From: Treponemataceae bacterium
GTDB taxonomy: Bacteria > Spirochaetota > Spirochaetia > Treponematales > Rectinemataceae
DNA: 64,000 nucleotides
Assembly: GCA_963667725.2 (NCBI GenBank)
Contig: CAXXHO010000001.1
Span: 1 to 64,000, forward strand
Reading direction: 5' to 3'
The position numbers and the translations under genes are program-made. Numbering within the stretch: the first letter of the stretch is position 1; every line of letters starts with the position of its first letter. The notes beneath the pieces are model-generated. The model ran no database searches, was not told the DNA's origin, and worked only from the letters and a program-made list of their open reading frames with translations. Shown here one piece after another: positions 32,363-39,191 of the stretch.

Positions 32363-32848
32363 CTAAGTTACTACCTTTAACTCTCTTTCTACATAAGAAT
32401 TGTACCCATTCTTATAATAAAAGCTTTTTGCCTTTTCATTAAAACTATACACTGGTATTTCTATACTACTAATATTCTTTATCTTTGCTTCTTCTTCTAT
32501 TAACTCAAGCATTTTCTTTCCTATACCATGATTCCTATATTCTTCTTTGATTATTAAATCTGTTAACATTATCATATCTCTTTCTTTTACAAATAATGAC
32601 TCTTCAATATTCTTATATCGTCCTTTCATATACCCAATGACTTTTTTATCAATAGTAACAACATAAAAGTAATCGAATTCACATATATCATTTTTGATTT
32701 CATCTAAATCTACTTTTTTCTCACTCGTAAATATATTTGGTAGCTTTACAGCATGAAGATTCATTAGTTCAAGATAAAGTGGTTCTATCTCTTTCGCATC
32801 ATCAGCTTCAGCTTTTCTAATTTGAATGTCTACTTCAGCCTTTGCCAT
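32363..32848 (-). CDS. GNAT acetyltransferase
   Basis: EEYRNHGIGKKML...NEKAKSFYYKNGY. Confidence 0.9.
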   Translation of the reverse strand: MAKAEVDIQIRKAEADDAKEIEPLYLELMNLHAVKLPNIFTSEKKVDLDEIKNDICEFDYFYVVTIDKKVIGYMKGRYKNIEESLFVKERDMIMLTDLIIKEEYRNHGIGKKMLELIEEEAKIKNISSIEIPVYSFNEKAKSFYYKNGYNSYVERELKVVT

Positions 32849-33081
32849 TACTATTCTTTGTCCCCCGCGCGCGTAAAGCGCGTCCGCCCAACATTAGCTT
32901 AACCCTTAACGCGTACATTGGCGCGGTTTGTGCTTACGAGCGAAGCGAGTTGCACAAACCGTGACAATAGCGTTATAGGGTTGAAGCAGGTGTTGGGCGT
33001 TCTTGCAATATTTCTTTGCCAATTAAAGCTTAATAATCAATTTGTCTTCTTATTGTAAGTATATTAAAACCATCTACTCTA

Positions 33082-33510
33082 TTACACGAATATTGAATAT
33101 CCCTTTGCAATAAATATCTTGCCGTTTAAAGAATAGTATTTCCAATTATCGTTTCCTGCAGAAGTTGATATAATTTGTAGAATAAATTGATCTTCAAACT
33201 CTATATCAATATCTCCTGTACTTTCTAGAATTTTACACTTTACTATCTTTAAACCTACTAATTCACTTAATGCTTTAATACCATCGAATTGTCTTTCTAA
33301 ATAAAATACTTTTCCATGATCTTCACTAGTTGAACAAAGGTTATCATCATCAATAAGTCTCCACAGTCCTAATATTTCAAGTCTTGAATTATCAACAAAT
33401 TGAATTTCCCATGTATTACAATTATCACATTTTACTCTACAAATAGTTGTAGCTTCAATGCTTTTTGAAATTTCTATATAAGCAGCTTCATCCCACATAT
33501 AATACCTCAA
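33082..33510 (-). CDS. Hypothetical protein
   Basis: ORF fills the cassette. Confidence 0.65.
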   Translation of the reverse strand: MRYYMWDEAAYIEISKSIEATTICRVKCDNCNTWEIQFVDNSRLEILGLWRLIDDDNLCSTSEDHGKVFYLERQFDGIKALSELVGLKIVKCKILESTGDIDIEFEDQFILQIISTSAGNDNWKYYSLNGKIFIAKGYSIFV

Positions 33511-33674
33511 TATATAATACTATCTCACATTTGAATAATTACTTAACGCCAAAGGCGTCCGCCCAACATTGGCTTAACCGGTAATTCCGCGCCCAAAGGG
33601 CTTGGCGCGCAGTTTGCTAACGAGCGCAGCGAGCGCAAACTGCGTGACAAAGGAATTATCCGGTTGAAGCAGTT

Positions 33675-34236
33675 GTTAGGTCAATCTTCGTTTTTTGCCT
33701 TAACACCTTTGCAGCTATCAAGCTATATGCCATGGCAAAAGCAATACTTACGCTAAAGGCTCTGTCTTTCATCGTGCATAGAACATATTTCTTCAGACAT
33801 AGGCTTCTATTATCTTGATCTTCAATCTTTACCTATTTCTCTTTTCCACTGCTTCAATCTTTCTTAAACAATATTTACCTTTATTTTCTTCGTTTTTTGA
33901 AGCAAGAAATATTCTCTTCTCCGTATACTTTGTATAATGAAGAATACAAGAACAGATCGCAATCGTAAGCAAGCTTACATTTTATCTGTTCTTGTATTCT
34001 TCAATAGTACATTGTGTATGGTTTGCCCATTTTTCTTGGATCAATGCTTTAAGAAAATATTCCCAAATTGTTCTTTCTATAGAATTTAGACAGGATACTA
34101 TTTAGGATGATTGAAAGCCATACAAAGTTTGCCGTTGAAATAAGCACTATGAAAGCTGGTATCAAGCACGGGATTATGATCTTCCATGCCAATCATACGT
34201 TGCCGTAGTGCGCCGCGTCAGCGGCGTCGACCTAAC
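33675..34236 (-). repeat. 562-bp cassette without a long ORF, first cassette at attI
   Basis: Copy of 8678-9239, directly abutting attI. Confidence 0.9.
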
Positions 34237-34265
34237 ATTTATTGGACAGTTCAAGAGAAGAGAGA
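34230..34265 (-). other. attI: attI site (crossover G|TT at 34236)
   Basis: Minus strand ...GAACTGTCCAATAAAT-GTTAGGT: a cassette-start core with no attC arm, next to intI. Outer boundary approximate. Confidence 0.8.
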
Positions 34266-34288
34266 GATTTAAGTGAAGACCGAACCAT

Positions 34289-34317
34289 ATAATAGTGCAG
34301 ATAAAATGAAATGACAA
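34289..34317 (-). promoter_or_regulatory. Candidate cassette promoter Pc
   Basis: TTGTCA-N17-TATTAT on the minus strand, pointing into attI. Confidence 0.7.
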
Positions 34318-34404
34318 ACTAAATCACAGAGTAATCAGGAGTTGTGGATTTCTTTATAATCATAATAAGGAATTTAGGCGGAACATTCATAAATTACTGG
34401 CGAG

Positions 34405-35700
34405 CTAGAGTCCATCAGCTGGGCTGCGGACGCCGTTTGGACCGCGGTTAAGGACATGCGTGTAGATCATCGTTGTCTTGACATCGCTATGACCAAGAAG
34501 CTCCTGGACAGTGCGAATATCGTAGCCGTTTTCGAGCAGATGGGTTGCGAATGAATGCCGAAAGGTATGGCAGCTCGCGCGCTTCGCGATGCCCGATTTC
34601 ACTATCGCCTCGTGGACAGCGGTCTGGAGAATGCTCGGATCCATATGATAGCGGCCTTCATTGCCAGTGCGGGGATCTTTCCATCGCCGCTCTTGCGGGA
34701 AGATCCATTGCCATGCCCATTCGGATGCGGCCTTTGGATATTTTTTCCCGAGAGCCTCAGGGACGGGAACGCGCCCCCACCCTTCGGCGATATCCTTGCT
34801 ATGAATAGCCTTTACGGCGATGAGATGCTCTTGCAGAGCAGTCTTGAGCGTCCCGGGAAGCATGGTGCGCCGATCCTTTCCTCCTTTCCCGTTGTGGACG
34901 ATTATCTCATTCTGAGTGAAGTCGATATCCTGCACGCGAAGCTCGAGGCACTCCATGATTCTAAGGCCGGTGCCATACATGAGCGAGGCGATGAGCCATT
35001 TGTCGCCAGAGAGTTCGGAGAGAACCGCTCGGACCTCCTGGCGGCTCATGACGACCGGAAGCCGCTTCGGCTTTTTTGCGCGGATGACTTCGCCAATATC
35101 GCCGACAGGATTGTTCATTATGGTGCGAAAGAAGAAGAGCAAGGCGGCGAGGGCCTGGTTCTGCGTCGACGCGCTCACATTTTCACCGGTGGCCAGGCGG
35201 CTTAGAAAAGCGTTGATGTCGGCGCCGCCCATCGCGGCGGGATTTTTCCCTTTATTGGCGGCGATGAATCGCGACAGCCACTTCGAGTAGGATTCTTTCG
35301 TCCTATTGCTGTAGTGGCGCGCGCTGAGAGCGGCCAGGTATCGCCGCATGTACGGGGAGCCTTGATCCGGCGCCGCTGGCTTATAGGGCTCGAGAGGCTG
35401 CGGATCATCCTCGAAGAAGTCAGCGGGCCCCAGTTTGATCGGGGCGTGGGCAAGGGCGGGTGATCTGCCTTTCGCCTGCGATAGAGCGTCGACCTTCGAG
35501 GGGACAGCGCGTCCTGAGTCGCCTAACGCCGCACGCACCAAGTCAAGGGAAGCTTTCGTTTTAGGGAAAAGCCATAATCTCCGTTCGGGATCCCAGCGTC
35601 GCCCGGGAATCCGCTGAAAGGCGGCGATTATGCTTCTATCGGTGCAATCCATCGATACGGCGAACCAGAGATCCCCATCGGCCGACACGGACACCTTCAT
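34405..35700 (-). CDS. intI: Integron integrase with an N-terminal extension
   Basis: AAGGAG RBS; SASTQNQALAAL, LMYGTGLR, HTFRHSFATHLLE.GYDIRTVQELLGHSDVKTTMIYTH; IntI-specific insert ALGKKYPKAASEWAWQWIFP. Confidence 0.97.
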   Translation of the reverse strand: MKVSVSADGDLWFAVSMDCTDRSIIAAFQRIPGRRWDPERRLWLFPKTKASLDLVRAALGDSGRAVPSKVDALSQAKGRSPALAHAPIKLGPADFFEDDPQPLEPYKPAAPDQGSPYMRRYLAALSARHYSNRTKESYSKWLSRFIAANKGKNPAAMGGADINAFLSRLATGENVSASTQNQALAALLFFFRTIMNNPVGDIGEVIRAKKPKRLPVVMSRQEVRAVLSELSGDKWLIASLMYGTGLRIMECLELRVQDIDFTQNEIIVHNGKGGKDRRTMLPGTLKTALQEHLIAVKAIHSKDIAEGWGRVPVPEALGKKYPKAASEWAWQWIFPQERRWKDPRTGNEGRYHMDPSILQTAVHEAIVKSGIAKRASCHTFRHSFATHLLENGYDIRTVQELLGHSDVKTTMIYTHVLNRGPNGVRSPADGL

Positions 35701-35975
35701 GCTGCCAATCTCCTTAACGACATTCCGCAAAGGAAGCACATGGACACAAACATTACGCGCGGAATGCGCATGATGGCTTCAACGGGGAGGATGATGGTGC
35801 GCGGCTCCTTTCTTCGCCGAAACAGAATGAAAAGGGCCGGATCGTACCTTTTTTAATCATTCTAAACGCAGTATTTATCATACCCTCATTGACGGAGAAG
35901 TCAATTGTGAAACCAAGGAGCGAGAGCGGCCATCGCGGCGAAGGGGAGGAGAATTGCAGATGCCAGAGGTCGGCT

Positions 35976-37184
35976 CTACGCGAGCATGGAACGAATGACG
36001 GTTTCGAGCGCGGAGGCGTCGAGGACGATGGGCACGGGATAGGGCGTGCCGTGAGCCTCCTTGAGCGCGGCGACGGCGATGGCGGGAATGTCGTCCGCGA
36101 CGAGGAAGGCCGCCTTGGCGGGGATGCCGATGTCGGAGGCAAGCGAGCGGACCGCGTCGACGAAGGCTTGCGCGGCCGAGGCGACATCGCCGGCCGCGGC
36201 GGCTCGGTCGCGGATGCCGGCCGCGGCGGCCAGGTCGGCCAGACGCTCGGGGCAAGCATCGCGGTAGAGGTCGAGGAAATACGGCAGGGCAATGGCGTTC
36301 GCGAGGCCATGCGGCACATGGTAGCGCTCGCCGAAGCGATGCGCGACCGCGTGGACGTAGCCGACGAAGCCGCGCGTAAAGGCTCGCCCGGCGAGATGGG
36401 AGGCTCTGAGCATGGCTTCGCGGGCTTCGACTTTACCGCCGTCGGCGCAGGCGGCGCGCAGATTGGAGAAGATGAGCCGCACCGCCTCGATCGCCTGGAC
36501 GTCAACGTCGGAGTAATGGAGAGTATTCGTGTAGGCTTCAACAGCGTGCGTGAGGGCATCCATGCCGGTGGCGGCAGTCATGGCGGGGGGCAGGCCGATG
36601 GTTATGAGAGGATCGAGGATAGCGGTGTTGGGGGGCAGGCGCGGATCAAGAACGGTCTGCTTGCGGTGGCGCGCCGCATCGGTGAGGACGGCGGCGGCCG
36701 TTGCCTCGCTGCCGGTGCCGGCCGTGGAGGGGGCGCAGATAAAGGGAAGCCCGCCGTTGCGGAAGGGCAGCAGGCCGACGAACTTGGCGATGCTCTTGCG
36801 ATGCGTCGCGCCCATGCGGATGAGTTTGGCCGCATCGATCACGGAGCCGCCGCCGACGGCGATCACCGCGTCGCAGGCGCCCGCGCGCAGGGCCGCCAGG
36901 CCCTGCGCGCAGACTTCGTACGTGGGATCGGGAAGGATCTTGTCGAAGACTGCATAGGGGATGTCGGCGGCCTCGAGTATCTCGGTGACGCGCGCCACGA
37001 CTCCGGTCTTTACCAGAACGGCATCGGTGACGATGAGGGGTTTCTTGGCGCCGAGAACCTCGAGTTCGGAGGGGATGAGCTTGAGGCTGCCCGCGCCCGT
37101 CAGCAGGGTCGGGACTTTCTGCGGCAGGATAGTGAGCGCCCGGGCTGCGATATTGAACCAGATACGCTTTCCTGCATGCTTCAT
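35976..37184 (-). CDS. Iron-containing alcohol dehydrogenase
   Basis: GGGSVIDAAK, TAGTGSE, DALTHAVE, HGLANA. Confidence 0.95.
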   Translation of the reverse strand: MKHAGKRIWFNIAARALTILPQKVPTLLTGAGSLKLIPSELEVLGAKKPLIVTDAVLVKTGVVARVTEILEAADIPYAVFDKILPDPTYEVCAQGLAALRAGACDAVIAVGGGSVIDAAKLIRMGATHRKSIAKFVGLLPFRNGGLPFICAPSTAGTGSEATAAAVLTDAARHRKQTVLDPRLPPNTAILDPLITIGLPPAMTAATGMDALTHAVEAYTNTLHYSDVDVQAIEAVRLIFSNLRAACADGGKVEAREAMLRASHLAGRAFTRGFVGYVHAVAHRFGERYHVPHGLANAIALPYFLDLYRDACPERLADLAAAAGIRDRAAAAGDVASAAQAFVDAVRSLASDIGIPAKAAFLVADDIPAIAVAALKEAHGTPYPVPIVLDASALETVIRSMLA

Positions 37185-37248
37185 CGTCCCTCCTAAAGTG
37201 GCGGGACCTTGCTGGGCACAGAATGCCGGCAGGTTCCGCCCCGGCCTG

Positions 37249-37599
37249 CTAGCGTTTCAGACAGCGGAGAAAGCCGCCTTTGTCGATATAGTTGCTCTCG
37301 CGGGCGAAGGCGCCATCGCGATAATAGCGCACGTAAGGAATTTCATGGTTTCCAAAGGAATCTTCCTTGAAGGCGCGGAAATCGTCGAAGAAGGCCTCGC
37401 GATCGTACTCGATCCAATAGACATCGACGCCTTCTTCCTCGGCGATGGATCCGAGGTAGGACTTCATCCAAAGCCATTGCGGGCACCAGCTCTGGGTGAG
37501 GACGACGGCGACGTTCGGCGCGGAAGCGATCAGCGAGGCGGGAAATTCGCCGTCGCGCATCGCCGCCCTGCAGTCATCCTCGCTAAGCTTCAATTTCAT
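37249..37599 (-). CDS. Small thioredoxin-fold-like protein
   Basis: C-terminal part of a listed ORF: MKLKLSED...TQSWCPQW...IPYVRYY. Confidence 0.65.
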   Translation of the reverse strand: MKLKLSEDDCRAAMRDGEFPASLIASAPNVAVVLTQSWCPQWLWMKSYLGSIAEEEGVDVYWIEYDREAFFDDFRAFKEDSFGNHEIPYVRYYRDGAFARESNYIDKGGFLRCLKR

Positions 37600-37637
37600 G
37601 GCTGAATGATACCTGCGGAGAGAGCGCGGCGCAAGCG

Positions 37638-39002
37638 CTAGACCGTGATGTGCACCCAACGCCCTCTTCGGTAGCGGATGGCGATAAGGAAGAAGCGGAC
37701 AATGACGTCCGTCATGAGGGCGATCCAGGCGCCGAAGAGGCCAAGCGAGAAGAATTTGATCATAATGACGGCCAGAAGAGGCCGGATGCCGAGCGTGCCG
37801 AGCGCCATGGAGAGCGCCGGATAGAGAGAATCGCCGGCTCCGCGGAGGGCGCCCGAGTAGATCTGGAAGGAGGACGAGAAGGGCTGGTTGATTGCGGCGA
37901 GGATCATCACGCTCGCGCCAAGCTCGATGATGATCGATTCCTGGGTGAAACAGCCGATCAACTGGCGGCGGAACACGAACATGACGATGCCCATGAGGGT
38001 CGAGATGAGGGCGCCGATTCGCTGGCAGGCTGCGGATGCTGTCCTGGCTCCATTGGGATCGCCGCGGCCGAGCGCCTGGCCTGTGAGGCTGGTGGCGGCG
38101 ATGCCGAATGCCTGGCCGTTCACGAAGGACAGGTTGAGGATCGTAAGTACGATCTGATGCGCGGCGAACACGTCGGTGCCGAGCGCTGCGACGGAGAGCG
38201 TGTAGAGCAGGAGGCCGAGGCGGAGGGCGACCTGCTCGCCCGCCGAGGGGAGGCCGATCCGGAATATGCGCTTGAGCATGGCGAAATCGGGCTTGATGTT
38301 GGCGCGGCTGAAATGAAGTTCGATAAATTCGGACGCAGCCTTGCCCGGTTTTCGGAAAGGTCGGCCGAGGATAGCCCAGAAGGCCATGGCGCATCCGACG
38401 GTATTGCCGATGACGGTGGCGACGGCTGCGCCGGCGACCCCGAGGCGGGGAAAGCCGAACTTGCCGTAGATGAGGAGGTAGTTGAAGAAGATGTTCACGA
38501 GGTTGGCGGTGAGGTTGTACCGCATGGAGAGCTTGGTGTCGCCGACGCCCCGCAGAAGGGCCGAGATGGAAATCGGCAGCACGGTCGGAATGAAGCCGAG
38601 CATCAGGATCTGGAAATAGACGGTGCCCGCCTCGATGGTATCGGGGCCGGCGCCCATGAACGTCACCATGGGCCGTGCGAACACGATACCGGGGATGGTG
38701 AGAAGGAAGCCAAGAATAAGGGTGAGAAGGATCGACTGGGTCGTGACGATCCCGGCGTCGGCCTTGTTTTTCTGGCCTTTGAAACGGGCGACGAGGGCGG
38801 TGGTGCCCACGTTGAGCGCGACGAAGGTGGCGAGCATGATCAGGCGGGGCTGGTTGGTGAGTCCGACCGCCGAGATGGCATAGGCGCCGAGCTGGCCTAC
38901 CATGATCGTATCGGCGAGGGATGTGGCCGAAGTGAGGACAAGTTCGACGACGGCGGGGGCGGCGATGACCAGGACGTTGCGGTACAGGGGACTGAGCTTC
39001 AT
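37638..39002 (-). CDS. MATE family efflux transporter
   Basis: ADTIMVGQLG, LRGVGDTK, LGVAGAAVAT. Confidence 0.95.
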   Translation of the reverse strand: MKLSPLYRNVLVIAAPAVVELVLTSATSLADTIMVGQLGAYAISAVGLTNQPRLIMLATFVALNVGTTALVARFKGQKNKADAGIVTTQSILLTLILGFLLTIPGIVFARPMVTFMGAGPDTIEAGTVYFQILMLGFIPTVLPISISALLRGVGDTKLSMRYNLTANLVNIFFNYLLIYGKFGFPRLGVAGAAVATVIGNTVGCAMAFWAILGRPFRKPGKAASEFIELHFSRANIKPDFAMLKRIFRIGLPSAGEQVALRLGLLLYTLSVAALGTDVFAAHQIVLTILNLSFVNGQAFGIAATSLTGQALGRGDPNGARTASAACQRIGALISTLMGIVMFVFRRQLIGCFTQESIIIELGASVMILAAINQPFSSSFQIYSGALRGAGDSLYPALSMALGTLGIRPLLAVIMIKFFSLGLFGAWIALMTDVIVRFFLIAIRYRRGRWVHITV

Positions 39003-39084
39003 GTGCTTCCACTATACCGAGATGAGCTGGAGATGCTCAAGAAAGGGAGCGAAGGCAACGGTAAAAAATGCAAAAAAAGTGGAA

Positions 39085-39178
39085 CGGCAGAGGGGGCGCG
39101 GCCGGCAGGCCGCGCCCCCTCTGCCGCGAGGTCGGCGAAACAGGGCAGCGGCGCGCGGCGAGCCGCGCGCCGCTGCCC
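39085..39178 (-). terminator. Two GC-rich hairpins downstream of the AOR gene
   Basis: CGGCAGAGGGGGCGCGGCC/GGCCGCGCCCCCTCTGCCG followed by T-runs on the minus strand. Confidence 0.65.
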
Positions 39179-39191
39179 GCCGATACGGCCG

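Larger units (their letters stand above)
384..33681 (-). repeat. attC: 38 attC recombination sites (about 113-149 bp)
   Basis: Minus-strand consensus RYYTAACAnnTGCTTCAACC...GGTTAAGCYAATGTTRRRY. Positions: 384-496, 1008-1132, 1896-2009, 2684-2796, 3427-3551, 4249-4373, 6314-6437, 7188-7300, 7871-7983, 8564-8684, 9233-9346, 9867-9979, 10540-10664, 11303-11415, 12165-12277, 12858-12970, 13542-13654, 14419-14542, 15362-15484, 16124-16244, 16793-16905, 17475-17598, 19617-19748, 20944-21056, 21677-21802, 22594-22718, 24799-24911, 25483-25595, 26144-26292, 27362-27475, 28153-28265, 29136-29256, 29805-29917, 30630-30742, 31478-31590, 32211-32323, 32886-32998, 33561-33681. Confidence 0.95.
1..35700 (-). 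mobile_element. Large chromosomal integron: intI, Pc, attI and at least 38 cassettes; the array runs off the window start
   Basis: Integron integrase at 34405-35700, attI core at 34230-34236, 38 attC-like imperfect palindromes separating mostly single-ORF AT-rich units. Confidence 0.97.

Noticed and set aside
384..33681. Regularly recurring repeats as a CRISPR array
   Set aside because: Repeats are 113-149 bp imperfect palindromes separated by whole genes, next to intI, with no cas genes: they are attC sites.
33938..34003. Long hairpin as a retron msd or group II intron remnant
   Set aside because: No reverse transcriptase in the window and no recognisable msr or intron-end motifs.
33937..34089. 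50-codon + strand ORF (MKNTRTDRNRKQ...) in the repeated cassette
   Set aside because: No RBS, runs through the perfect inverted repeat, and one copy (~29650) has an earlier stop; weaker than the minus-strand sORF, though not excluded.
35700..35960. LexA/SOS box upstream of intI
   Set aside because: No convincing CTGT-N8-ACAG or GAAC-N4-GTTC site seen.
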